Positions 26,354-39,647 of a DNA stretch of 64,000 nt are shown piece by piece (position 1 is the stretch's first letter; each line of letters opens with the position of its first letter). A program made the translations under genes and the position numbers. The stretch lies in NCBI GenBank assembly GCA_964016885.1, contig OZ024740.1, forward strand, positions 243,288,001 to 243,352,000, given 5' to 3'. The stretch is from Eledone cirrhosa (taxonomy: Eukaryota). The notes under the pieces were generated by a model. That model made no database searches, was not told where the DNA came from, and worked only from the letters and a program-made list of their open reading frames with translations.

Positions 26354-26362
<9 letters not shown>
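25955..26362. repeat. 408 bp perfect palindrome with no spacer (PLE terminal-repeat fold-back)
   Basis: Symmetry axis at 26158/26159 (AAATAA|TTATTT); unique extension 25820-25954; (TA)n flanks. Confidence 0.95.
26158..26305 (+). ncRNA. Type I hammerhead fold with ~115 nt helix II (mirror copy on minus strand 26012-26159)
   Basis: ATTATTT-CTGAAGA-[..TATATATGTGTT...AACACATATATA..]-GAAA-CGATCG-TT-AAATAAT. Confidence 0.65.
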
Positions 26363-26392
<30 letters not shown>

Positions 26393-26400
<8 letters not shown>

Positions 26401-26784
26401 AGATCAAAAGATGGTTAAAGGAGTTCCATGTATTTTATTATGCGCATTTCAAAAACAAACATCATCATGCAATAATATTTGTGTTTTCATCAGATAAAAC
26501 AGGAGAACATGATATGAAGGCTAAAAAAACACTTGTGGATAGTGCAGTTTTAAATCCACAAGTGTTTTTTTAGCCTTCATATCATGTTCTCCTGTTTTAT
26601 CTGATGAAAACACAAATATTATTGCATGATGATGTTTGTTTTTGAAATGCGCATAATAAAATACATGGAACTCCTTTAACCATCTTTTGATCTTATATTA
26701 TGTATACTCCAATCCTACAAACTGTAGAGTGCTTCTTATCCGATATCTGCATTGCTTTATTGTACTACAATAAAACTCACCTCC

Positions 26785-26790
<6 letters not shown>
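26393..26790. mobile_element. Fold-back PLE pseudo-LTR: 148 bp inverted arms, 13 nt loop, ~90 bp tail
   Basis: Arms 26393-26540 and 26554-26701; homologous to the termini of the PLE at 28943-33998. Confidence 0.9.
26594..26662 (+). ncRNA. Minimal type I hammerhead ribozyme (mirror copy on minus strand 26432-26500)
   Basis: GTTTTAT-CTGATGA-helix II-GAAA-TGCGCA-TA-ATAAAAT; palindromic helix III as in PLE hammerheads. Confidence 0.85.
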
Positions 26791-26827
<37 letters not shown>

Positions 26828-27310
26828 AATAAGTAAATATAACTTGTTATAATGGCTAGCGACTCCTTCATTTATTCACTTGCTTTTAGCACGTGATAAT
26901 CATAGATTCGATTAGCAGCTTATTGCAGCAACATATAATTTATCACTTCCATCCCAGGAAGAACGATAAACCTGTTGAAAAATTGAATCCAACGTTCGGT
27001 CATCAATTGCCAGGAGCTTGCCTTACAAGTAAGTCGGATATTTGATTTTGGATTCAGAGAAACACTTTAAACGTCTATTCGTCTAATTTGTCCAGGTGTA
27101 CTTTTTCTCAACCTGATTAGTGCTATCGTTGCTCTGGTATACATATTGTGTGTTAGTTTAGCCTACCACAATGTTCGATTTGTCAAACTTTTTAAACGTA
27201 TGTTATTACTCTAAGGACCTATCTTATCGAGTGCTTTGCTAACTCATCATTTCATATAAGTAGGCCGAATTCACTTGCAAACCGCCAGAGATTCGATTTT
27301 ACTGATTTCC

Positions 27311-27353
<43 letters not shown>

Positions 27354-27617
27354 CAAGTGAATAAATGAAGGAGTCGCTAGCCATTATAACAAGTTATATT
27401 TACTTATTTTCTGTATATATATATATATATATATAATTAATACAATAACAGAGATAGTTTAAAGCTAATCTCTGACTGGTAACCATCTCACTCAACAAAC
27501 ATTAGGTTATATTTTAATATAGACCCAATTTAAGTGTTTGGGGTGCTAACAATATGTATTATGTGGAAAAGCCAGTTGTATTATTTTATGAGATATAATT
27601 AAAGTTAAAATATATCT

Positions 27618-27742
27618 TTCCAAACAATTGTTTCATTATAAGTTTTCTACAAATTCGGAGAATGTTTTCAGTTTATGTAGAAGCCTAATATACATTCATG
27701 TAAGAATATATTTAGGTGGGCGTTTATAAATCATCAGTGGAA
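27618..27742 (-). ncRNA. Type I hammerhead fold with long helix II
   Basis: TTCCA-CTGATGA-tTTATAA...TTATAAt-GAAA-CAATTG-TT-TGGAA. Confidence 0.7.
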
Positions 27743-27924
27743 GCCCATTAAACTTTGATATAAGAAAAAAAATTTTCTTACCGCAGTTAAAAATCGTGTC
27801 TGTTAAGTAGCTCTCTCCCGCATCGAATGACCGGCAAATTTGAAATTCCAGCAGTTTTTGACTGAGGAAGTATTATAGCGTCACTAATATATATATATAT
27901 ATATATATACATACATACATACAC

Positions 27925-28298
27925 ACACTCGCAGCGAGGCTGATGCGCTGAAACAGCCAAGCGCCCTCGCAAGATTCGCCAGTTACCTCTATTAGGCGAG
28001 CCGCCAGTGAAGAGAGGAACCTCGCAGTCAGCGGCCCAACTGCCCCTGGTGTCACTCCTTCCTTTACATTTTCTTTAATATTGTAACATTAAAAGAATAT
28101 ATCTTTCTGAAAGAATCGCGAGCTTTTTATAATGTTGTCTAGGCATTTATGAATATATTTAAAACATATTTGTTATGTTATTCTACTGTAAATTTATTTA
28201 TATGCTCTGTTTATATTTTCATTCTGAAAGAATTGCAAACGATTTGTAATGTTTTTATGAAATAAACTAAAATTTATGGCAAAAAAAAACAAAAAAAT
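27925..28298 (+). mobile_element. Short CRE-like insertion with inverted 5' segment
   Basis: 27925-28046 matches 23398-23535 in the same orientation, while 28052-28260 is the reverse complement of the 3' UTR at 23320-22130; A-rich end. Confidence 0.7.
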
Positions 28299-28980
28299 AC
28301 ACACACACATTAATATTCTACGCGATTAAGGCAGGACAAATGAAGCAGATATATTTCTAAACGTGTTAATCTATTTCACCATCTTAATAATTTTCGTTTT
28401 TAAATATTAAATCACGTGACATCTTTTTTTAAGGTAGACTAAATGGGACATAATTTATGAAATATTAAATCGAAACTTTATGTTACAACCCTATTAGAAC
28501 TCAATAAGGTGTCGATAGGAAATTTGTTTGGGGGTAAAAGTGCTATCTTATCACATGTTGGGCGTTCTAAACATGAGGAGTTTGATGTATAACTTTAAAC
28601 AAATAAAACAAGGTTTATTATTCAATTAATCCATTCTTTTATGATCTTTTCAAGAGGCAAAATAAACCAATATATTATTGATATTTTGACTAACCGATAG
28701 CAGTTTTGCAACTCCATAGTATTAGCCTAAAAAAAATACACCCATTCTGCCATTCATCCACAGAAACAATTGTAAAACATTGTCTTATATTTAAAGCATT
28801 GAAATCCAAACACTGAATCACTATAAATGATAATAGCATTAGAAAATCGAGTAAAATACCATTAGAGACTGAAAACGTGGACAGTAGCTGCTACAGAAAA
28901 TCGAACTCTATATCTCTTGAATTCCGGAATATATATATATATATAATATAAGATCAAGAGATGGTTAAAAGTGTTCCAAG

Positions 28981-29048
28981 TATTTTATTATGCGCATTTC
29001 AAAAACAAATATCATCATGGGATATCTGCGTTCTCATCAGATAAAATA
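28981..29048 (-). ncRNA. Minimal type I hammerhead ribozyme in the PLE1 3' pseudo-LTR
   Basis: TATTTTAT-CTGATGA-GAACGCAGATATC..GATATTTGTTTTT-GAAA-TGCGCA-TA-ATAAAATA, in sense orientation to the ORF. Confidence 0.85.
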
Positions 29049-31033
29049 GGGAGACATGATATGAAGCTTAAAAAACACTTGTGAGCAGTAAAGTTTTAAA
29101 TCAACATATGAAAAATAAACTAAGATGGATATATGAGATTGGGGGAAAATGAGGGGGGGGGGGTAGGAAAAGGTAAGGAAGAAAGAAAAATAAAGGATGG
29201 TGGGGGAGGAGTATAAGAAGGAAGGATGAGAGAGGAGGAGAAATGAGTGATAGAGAGAGAGAAATAGCCTTTACAACTGAGAAAACATTGTCTCACAGAG
29301 AGAAATTAAAAAACCGTTGGAAGATAATAGATAATTTAAAAGATTTTGAAATTAAAAGTTAATGAGGTTTATGCATGAAGAAAAAGGAATTGAGAATAGT
29401 ATTAAATTAAGGTTTGTATATTGAAGGGTTTAATAAGATGTGCGAAAAAAAGAATTTATTAATATGTATTATTAAAATTAAAATATTAATGATATTAAGG
29501 ATATAATGTGAGAGAAGGAGAAGAATAAATGAATTATGAACTTAGAGGAATTAGTTAGGGTTTAAGTTTGTTTTTATGTATTGTAATATGTAAACGTAAA
29601 TAATAGGTTTAAAACGAGCACGGAAGGAGAGAAGAAAAAAGTAAGTTTAAGGAAGAAAAAATATCTAACGTCAAAAAGTATATATGTTTACGAAAATTTT
29701 CTAATGGTAATATTATAATATATTAAAAAGCATATAGTTTTAATGGCCAATAATATGAGGAAAAATGGAAAAATGGATAATGCTGTAGTGAGTAATAATA
29801 TGAATAGAAAAGTAATTGGGAAGTAAAAGTTACAGATTAGAGATTAGAAATTAAAAAATAAAAGGAAGGAAAAATGATAAAAAGAAGAAAGATAGATCAC
29901 AACGACATAGAATGAGTAAATTGTATTATATAATATATAATACTGAAATAAAGTAGAAAGACGGGTATATTTGTAAAAGATATTTGAGAAAAGATTTTAA
30001 ACTAATTAGGTATTGAGATATTAGCTGTATACTTTATGGAATGTTCTATGGGATTTATGCAAGCAGAGCGAAAATAAATCCGTGCGTCTATTTATTATAG
30101 AATTGAAATTAGATATAATGGTAAATTTCTGGGCTAGGCAGAGATTACATGTTCTGGATAGGGAAGAATTCAAGTAAGGAAAGGCGGTGCAAACCTTCCT
30201 CCAAGAGATGTTATAGTTAATATTTTTGTCTTTTAAGGACCATATGAGTTCCGAGAGTGCCGTGTTAGTTCTTTTAAGTTGGTATTTAAAAGACAATTTG
30301 TGATTATAAAATCTTGCTTTAAAGGAAGTGGAAGTGGAACCGAAATAGGTAAAAGAATTAGTATCAGTTATAACCTTACATTCATACACTAAGTTTTTAT
30401 CAAGACATTGGTTATTAAGAGGACAATTAGTTCTAACAGGGCAAATACAATTACGATTAGGGAAATTAACAGAGTTATTAACAAGTGATCTAGTATTATT
30501 TATAGAAGGAAATGGATTGGAGAAGTTATTTACGATAGGAACTATAGTTTCCTGATTTAGATTGGTATTATGAACATTCAACGAAGTTACGTTTGACGTC
30601 GTATTTAAATTTACAGAATCTAGCCTAGAGTTAACAATGACGTCGGGTATACTACTGCTATTATTATGACGCTCAGTGTTGGAAGGATGTAATTTATTAT
30701 TTAATATTTTATTGTTGTGTTTAGAGATAATGTTAGAGAAGTGGTGGAATAAGAAAATTTGATTGTATGTTTGTTAAAGATTTTACTATAAATATGTGAG
30801 GGATGGGAGCATTTATCTAAGGCCCTAAAGAATAGTTTAGGAATATTATTATTAATAGATAGAGAAAAAGAAGCATTATACCAAATTATATTTTTGTATC
30901 TAGGTCTTTTATTTAAGTTATTGGAATGTTCATAATTAACTATTTTACTATAAGTCCTTCGATGATTGGTTTCCTTACTGTATTTAATTTTATCAGGATA
31001 ACCGGCTTTGGAAAGCGCATTATTATAATAATT

Positions 31034-31219
31034 GGCGGTGGATTGGCAGTATCGGTAGAGGGTCGGACGCCATGCTTTCCAGCATAGTTACGTCCCTTTA
31101 CGATCTGAGTTCAAATCCCGCCGAGGTTGACTTTGCCTTTCATCCTTACGGGGTCGATAAAATAAAGTACCAGTAATGCACTGGGTAATTGCTGGCCTTG
31201 TGCCTAAAGTAGAAACAAT
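31034..31219 (+). mobile_element. SINE family 1 inserted in the PLE1 ORF with target-site duplication
   Basis: TTATTATA(A/G)TAATTGGC at 31020-31036 and 31219-31235. Confidence 0.92.
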
Positions 31220-33525
31220 TATTATAGTAATTGGCATTAGCGTCGAAGATATCTTTATTAGAGGATAGATTTGAGATTCTTTTTTCAATATTACTGACTA
31301 TAGCATTTTTGACGTTAGTGGGGTGGTTAGATTTAAAATTAACATAATTTAGATTCTCATTGTTTTTATGGTAAGGGTAATATAGTCCAGTGTCAAGATT
31401 AAAGGATATATCCAAGAAGTTAGCTAGTTTGACGTTGTTATCAAATTCAATTTTAAGGTTATGGTGCTTAAATAGATCACGTATATTGTTCTTAATAATA
31501 TTAAGGTTAACTAAGTTGCAGTTTAAGACAGTAAAAAGGGCATCGTCACGATAAATTCCACCGCGAAGTTGAGGAATTTTCCGATTTAAAGAATTCAAAA
31601 TAAAGATACCAATCAAATCAGTCAGTTGCGATGAATCGGAAGCACCCATTCTGATATCAAAATTGTTGGAAGTATCAGCTCTAATCCAATATTCATTGTT
31701 GAATTCCAATATAGTTTTCCTTGCGGTGAGAATGATGTAAAGTTCATCTGTGGTAATGTCAGAATATTTAAATGCGAAAGATAGAGCGTTGTTGAGGAGT
31801 GAAGGCGAAATAGAAGAATAGTAGCTGGCAATATCAAACTGAATAAATTTTTGTTTGTTTTTCTTATTCAGGTTATTGAACCAGCCAATTACTTCAGATG
31901 TACCAATCCATAAATTTAAGTTAGAAATAGAACAATTAGAACGAACCTGTGGGATAATTCTATCCAAGATGGCTTTACTAACAACCCCCAGATCTGATTT
32001 AGAGGGGGAGATTAGTCTAACAGGCAGTTCCGTTCGAAAGTTATTTTTATGATCCTTGAGATTTATCCTCGGCGTTCTTGGGAAGAATGGTTCGGTTTTT
32101 TTTCTCAATGCCAAGTTTAGACATAATCTCAGAAGCTTCCAAGTTTATAGATTCCAAATTGTCATGGTTAGTTTTACGATAATTCTTTCTTAGTTCCTTA
32201 AGGATAAGGTTATTATACTTATCTTTAGATACGCCATATAAATTATTAGTTTTGTCGGAGTGGACTAAGACATTTTTAGAAGAATTAAGGTTTAAAATCG
32301 TATTCCTGAGATTTATAAGGTGCTCTTGTCCTCTGTAAGGGTTTCTCTTGAATTTAAGACCTCTTATAATATTAGTTAATTCTTCCTCAAACTACACTAG
32401 ATTTTTGTTGTAAGGAGGATTTCTTCTAGAGTTAAATAAATGATCAAAATTGTTATGTTCCTTAGTTCCTTTCTTCCTTTTTTCTTTTTTAATTTCTAAT
32501 CTCTAATCTGTAACTTTTACTTCCCAATTACTATTCATATTACTACAGCATTATCCATTTTTCCTCATATTATTGGCCATTAAAACTATATATTTTTTTA
32601 ATATATTATATTTCCATTAGAACATTTTCGTAAACATATATACTTTTTGACGTTAGATATTTTTTCTTCCTTAAATTTTCTTTTTTCTTCTCTCCTTCCG
32701 TGCTCGTTTTAAACCTATTATTTACTTTTACTTTTACATATTACAATACATAAAAACAAACTTAAACCCTAACTAATTCCTTTTTTAATATATTATAATA
32801 TTACCATTAGAAAATGTTCGTAAACATATATACTTTTTGACGTTAGATATTTTTTTCTTGCTTAAACTTACTTTTTTCTTCTCTCCTTCCGTGCTCGTTT
32901 TTAAACCTATTATTTACGTTTACATATTACAATGCATAAAAACAAACTTAAACCCTAATTAATTCCTCTAAGTTCATAATTCAATTATTCTTCTCCTTCT
33001 CTCACATTATATCCTTAATATCATTAATATTTTAATTTTAATAATACATATTAATAAATTCTTTTTTCGCACATCTTATTAAACCCTTCAATATACAAAC
33101 CTTAATTTAATACTATTCTCAATTCCTTTTTCTTCATGCATAAACCTCATTAACTTTTAATTTCAAAATCTTTTAAATTATCTATTATCTTCCAACGGTT
33201 TTTTAATTTCTCTCTGTGAGACAATGTTTTCTCAGTTGTAAAGGCTATTTCTCTCTCTCTATCACTCATTTCTCCTCCTCTCTCATCTTTCCTTCTTATA
33301 CTTCTCCCCCACCATCCTTTATTTTTCTTTCTTCCTCTTCCTTACCTTATCCTACTCCCCCACCCTCATTTTTTCCCAATCTCATATATTCATCTTAGTT
33401 TATTTTTCATATGTTGATTTAAAACTTCACTTCTCACAAGTGTTTTTTAAGCTTCATATCATGTCTCTCTATTTTATCTGATGAGAACGCAGATATCATC
33501 CCATGATGGTATTTGTTTTTGAAAT

Positions 33526-33851
33526 CATCATCATTTCATTTTACGTCCGCTTTTCCCTGCTTGCAAGGGTGGGACGGGAACTCATTTTGGCTTGATTTCT
33601 ACAGCTGGATGCCCTTCCTAACACCAACCTCATTTACAGTGAGTGCTGGGTGCTTTTTTACCGTGGCACCTCCACGACCACTTTGCAGTGGAATGATAGG
33701 GAACCCAGTCCCTATCATCTCATTTCTACAGCTGAGTAAACTGGAGCAATGTGAAATAAAGTGTCTTGCTCAAGGAAACAACACATCACCCGGTCTGAGA
33801 ATTGAACTCACAACCTTTCGATTGCAAGGCCAATGCTCTAACTACTAAGCC
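33526..33851 (-). mobile_element. SINE family 2 (tRNA head, core, RTE-derived 3' part) interrupting a hammerhead
   Basis: A box GGCTTAGTAGTTAG, B box GAGTTCAATTC, (GAT)n tail; 3' end matches the RTE tail at 46740-46790. Confidence 0.88.
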
Positions 33852-33995
33852 ATGCGTATAATAAAATACTTGGAACTCTTTTAACCATCTTTTGGTCTTA
33901 TATTATTTATACTCCAGTCCTACATACTGTAGAGTGCTACTTATCCGATATTTGCATTGCTTTATTGTGCTACAATAAAACTCACTTCCTACACA

Positions 33996-34029
<34 letters not shown>

Positions 34030-34032
<3 letters not shown>

Positions 34033-35079
34033 CTTTTGGGAGGCTCCCGTACAGCTCAGTTCTTCATCCTCAGTGTATACTGATCAATGTTCAGAGCCAT
34101 CCTCAGCATTCTCGTGTAGCACCCATTCACCATCAGAGTGAGTTTCTTGGTCAGTGTCCAAGTCTCAGACCCGTACAGTAACACAGACTCCACTACAGCA
34201 ACGAAGAGGCGGATCTTCAGGTCTTTACGAAGGTCCGACTTCCACACCGATCTCAAACTGTGGCACGCCGCCCAGGCTTTGCTCTTCCTCACTACCACAT
34301 CATCTTCCGTATTACCAATCTTTGCTCCCAAATACAGGAATTCCTCAACCAATTCTAGCAGCTTCCCGCCTACATTAGTAATCTTTTCTGGCATCTTAAT
34401 ATTCTCTACCAGATATTTTGTCTTAATCTCATTCATTCTCAGCCCCACACTCATCGATACCGTCTCAACCTCCTGCATCAAATCCTCTGCCTCCTTCACT
34501 GTGTTTGTCACCAGAACTATGTCATCGGCAAATTCAGCATCCGATATCTTTTTTGCCTTAACTCTCCTGCTTTGAGCCGGTGCTACAGTAAAGCCACCAG
34601 AGTCCTGGTGTTTCTCCAGTGCAAGGTGCATACAATAGTCCACTACAATGATAAAAAGGTAGGGAGCCAATGTATCGCCCTGGAGCACTCCAGCCAGTAT
34701 CTCAAAGAACTCTGTCATCCCATCAGGTGTAATGACTTGGGCTTCGGTGTTGGTGTAGAGCAGAAATATCAGATCCACTATCTTCTTGGGGATTCCATAA
34801 AGCCTGTAAGATCTTCATGAAGCAGTGACGGTCCACAGAATCAGAGGAGACTGAGGTTAGCTGGACATGCTCAGCGACATCCAGAGTTGACACTGCACTC
34901 AGTGCTCCTGTGGGAGCCCCTGCATGGACACACTGGAAGAGGAAGACCGAGGTTAACATATGTTGATGCCCTAAGGATAGACACTGGTTTCTTGGAGACG
35001 CAGGACATGGCAGCGATAATGAGAGACAGAGGCCGCTGGAGAGAACTCGTCCATGGATCTCGGGAATTTTACCCACCCT

Positions 35080-35081
<2 letters not shown>
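34030..35081 (+). mobile_element. RTE-clade LINE 3' fragment with inverted 5' segment
   Basis: Minus 34030-34840 encodes GVLQGDTLAP, FADD, FLYLG, LLYGSETW; plus 34840-35081 encodes the continuation RRLRLAGH..GRGRPRLTYVD. Confidence 0.9.
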
Positions 35082-35115
<34 letters not shown>

Positions 35116-35118
<3 letters not shown>

Positions 35119-35179
35119 GTTTCAGAAGATCCCGTTAAGGGTGAAAGCAGCGATTCTTTGCTTAAACTTTAATCTGTTA

Positions 35180-35233
<54 letters not shown>

Positions 35234-35299
35234 TTCAGAAGATCCCGTTAAGGGTGAAAGCACCGATTCTTTGCTTAAACTTTAATCTGTTATTTTAAT
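35116..35299 (+). ncRNA. Two isolated CAGAAGA-core hammerhead-like modules between (TA)n tracts (35116-35170, 35229-35283)
   Basis: AAAGTTT-CAGAAGA-TCCC gttaa GGGT-GAAA-GCA..TGC-TT-AAACTTT with a 7 bp helix I. Confidence 0.6.
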
Positions 35300-35759
35300 A
35301 TATATATTGAATAATAATAGTAATATTCGATTCGTTTGCAAACAAACAGCCTCATTAGGATATACTTTTTGATGACCACCGTCATCCATTAGTTCTACCA
35401 GTGGCATCAAGGAACAGTCAACATTTAGCCTCATTTGTATACCGAGCGATTTTACGGCTGGTTTTGCCGAAAAATACGTTGATCTTCCACGATCCCCCTC
35501 TGAAAGGATCTTAAAACAATGAACTAATTAACTCCCTAACTGACTTTTGTTTTGTTTTCACTGTTCTATACGCACATCTATATCAATGACTGCAACCTGG
35601 GCAGATTCTTCAGCGAGTAACCTTATGCTGTGGTCACCAACTACAAAAACTAATCTTGCTGAAAGCATCTTTCCAATAACACATTGAGTTCTAACAATGT
35701 TATTGGCTCCACCACAAGCAAGTGGAATATGTGTATGAGTGTGTGTGTATATGTATATT

Positions 35760-37260
35760 AGCCTTCTTAGATATCCTTATTTTAAAAACAGCTGGGGAAA
35801 ATAGAAACAGACATCTTTTATAAACCCACGGGCTCCAAACAGTACCTCCTCTTCACATCAAATCACCTAAAACATACAAAACTTAACATTCCTTTTAATT
35901 AAGCCAAACGAATATATACCATAGTATCAGCTAAACAGGAACAAAGACTAAATGAACTAAAAAACACACTTACCTTAAGAGCCTTCCCACTTGACATGTT
36001 TAATAACGGAATAGACAGAGCAAAACACACAAATTTTCATCAACTTAACACCCCAAAGCACAGAACCACAAACAACACCTTACCATATATATCCACATTC
36101 AACCCCAGAAACACCAAAATGTTCAACCCCCTACACAAAAACCTCCCCATTCTATCTAAAGATGAAAACATGAAAAAAATCCTAGAAACACACAAGATCA
36201 TTAAAAGTAAAAGGCAACCCAAATCACTAAAACACATTTTCACTGGAACAAAGATACACAAACCAATCTCCAACTTTACGGTAACAAAATGTGGAAGAAC
36301 AAACTGTGGCACATGTCTATACTTAATTAAAGGACAAAAATTCACATTTAATGATGGCCAAACTTTCACAGTGAAAAACAACTTCACTTGCAACTCAGAG
36401 AACCTGATCTACGTAATCACATGCGGTGGCTGTCGACATAACTATATAGGACACATAGGTGTGTTATTACGCAAAAGAGTGACCATCCATCGCCAACAAT
36501 CCGTGACATAAACTCAAGAAAAATCCGCTTAAGTAGCCACATTGCAGATTTTGCAGGAATGACCCTACCCAACTTTAAAATCTTCCCCTTTACAAGTGCC
36601 CCGATTCTTTCACTCAACAACAAAGAATAAATAAAGAAAAACTATTTATTAACAAATTTAAACCAAAATTAAATATGTAATCACCCCCATTAGATCCCTC
36701 CCCCCCCCCCCCCCACACACCTTGAAATAAGAGAAAAAATTGGTCATTCACATATTTTCCAAAAATTCCTGATTGAAAGCCACCACTAATGCCCTGCTCT
36801 GCTTTTTAAATTTCCCACCACAAAGGGACCTGTGACCCCCCCCCCCCCCCCCCATGTGTATATACAAAAATACACGTGTGTATTTTTATATATACACTCT
36901 CACACTGCACACACACCCTAAAACCATATTCCAAAAATAGAATTTCTTTTACAACCCTACTGTTGCCACAGAATTTGTCTCTAGCTTACAATCGCCACCC
37001 TCATCTGAACTCTTGACCAGTCCATTAACAAAATTGAGATACACACATATTTACAGAATATTTCCTTTGTCCCCAAAAAACAATTTTGTTCTATGTGAAA
37101 AAACCCACCTACCACCACTGCTGCTGCTGCTATCATGACTACACCTCTCTCTATACACAAGAGTTTATTCTCCAGTCTTAAAAAAAAATTAACTCTTAAT
37201 CTTAAATCTTTAATTTTTAGTTTTTAATTCTTATTAATTCTTTTTAATTGTAATACTCAA
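35760..37260 (+). mobile_element. 5'-truncated Penelope-like element (Neptune-like Cys linker + GIY-YIG)
   Basis: FLDI..DIFYKPT..QYL..SNH; KCGRTNCGTC..FTCNSENLIYVITCGGC..YIG..LRKR. Confidence 0.85.
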
Positions 37261-37290
37261 CATTTGATATATATATACATACATATATAT

Positions 37291-37347
<57 letters not shown>

Positions 37348-37350
<3 letters not shown>

Positions 37351-38702
37351 GATAACAAGTTATCGTTATAGGTAATCCAGTTAGAGGTTGTGAGTACTCT
37401 GTATTGTGGATAGTTTTAATGTACGGCTTTGTTTGACTCAACAAGATGTTTCCATAGTTAGGTTGCGAGTTTGTGGTAATTGCTATGCAGGTTATACTTG
37501 GAGTAATAATAGTGAAAGATTGAAGAATAACATGGTGGTCGGCTGTATAACAAGGGGTTTTATTTCAAGTATTAACAATTGTTTCATTGATCAGGTGAGT
37601 CTAAAGGCCGCTAATCACTCGAAGTTGCGTCACTCGACCTTAAATACAGTGTTTACCTCTGATCAAATCATCAGAATACTAGAGAATTTTACATATGGCA
37701 TTGGTATATATAGATACAACGTAGAATCAAAAGAATAATATCAATAATAAAAGATAATGATAAAGAGGTAAAGAAGTACAGATGTAAAAAATAAGTTAAA
37801 AAAATATAAGTACAAAATACGATTGTTGATAATAGTGGTGGTAGTGAGTATGTACAAAGTTGTGAGAATAGAGATAATACTAACATGAAAAGCAACATTA
37901 GATACATACATACGTTGTGGTCAAATCCCAGAAGGTTAGAAGTGGAGAATAAAAAGTAGTAACAAATGAGATAAAAGATAAAAAATAATAAATTAAAAAT
38001 TGAGAGATACGAGGATGAGACATAAGGGGTAGGGCTAAGGACGGGGAAGGAGAGTTTTTATATATGTATGTGTGTGTGGTAAATGTTTAGCATGCTGATT
38101 GTTTTATCTTAATGGGGTTGATGTGGCTTTAGGGAGAGAGAGTGAAAGAAAGGTTAGGAGATTTATGATGTTGATCTAGTGACCAGTCGGTCAGTTGACA
38201 GCTAATAACAGTGGGGTGGTATTTATTCAGTACATTAAAATCCAGGTGGTTCAAATCGAATTTTGAGATTGCTGGATCGAATCATGTTGGGTTGAAATTT
38301 GTGAACTTGGTAGCTGTTTTGTGCCTACAGAAAATTGATCTTTCTATTTTGCTGTTAAGCAGCATCTTATCATACTTTAAAATATGGAACAGCTCCATAT
38401 TGCAAAGTCCGCAGTGGCTCTTGCTCCCGATAATTTCGACCAGCAAATCCTATATTCCTGGTTTGTGTCCTTAAACTGCCAGATTTTATTGGCCAGTGTT
38501 GTTGAGTTTCCTAGTCTATGGTTCTTCATAGAGTGTCTGTGAATCTACCATCTTTTTTTTAATTCCCCAGCCGTGGAACCTATGTAGTGCCATGTTAATT
38601 TGCCCGAATTGATAGTACACAGGTACACCGTACTTGATTCCAGGCATCTATTTTGTAGTGGGCACTTATCTGGCAGGTGGTAGTTACAGTTAGAGGACTT
38701 CC
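37348..38702 (-). mobile_element. 5'-truncated Penelope-like element 3 (GIY-YIG end + pseudo-LTR), related to PLE2
   Basis: Own translation: NCNYHLPDKCPLQNRCLESSTVYLC..WHYIGST and CGLCNMELFHILK..LLNSKIERSIFCRH. Confidence 0.8.
37568..37680 (-). ncRNA. Type I hammerhead fold with long helix II in the PLE3 terminus
   Basis: AGTATT-CTGATGA-tTTGATCAG...CTGATCAAt-GAAA-CAATTG-TT-AATACT. Confidence 0.75.
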
Positions 38703-38716
38703 TTATATATATATAT

Positions 38717-39642
<926 letters not shown>

Positions 39643-39647
<5 letters not shown>

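Larger units (their letters stand above)
28943..33998 (-). mobile_element. Penelope-like element 1: RT + C-terminal GIY-YIG, with ~0.9 kb inverted terminal repeat
   Basis: RT motifs FDIASYY, MGASDSS, GIYRDD, FLDI; endonuclease CICPVRTNCPLNNQCLDKNLVY..YFG..FKARFYNH..CNLC; 28943-29870 is inverted at 32473-33905; (TA)n flanks. Confidence 0.92.

Noticed and set aside
31034-31120. tRNA genes suggested by A/B boxes
   Set aside because: No cloverleaf; always fused to the SINE body and dispersed in many copies
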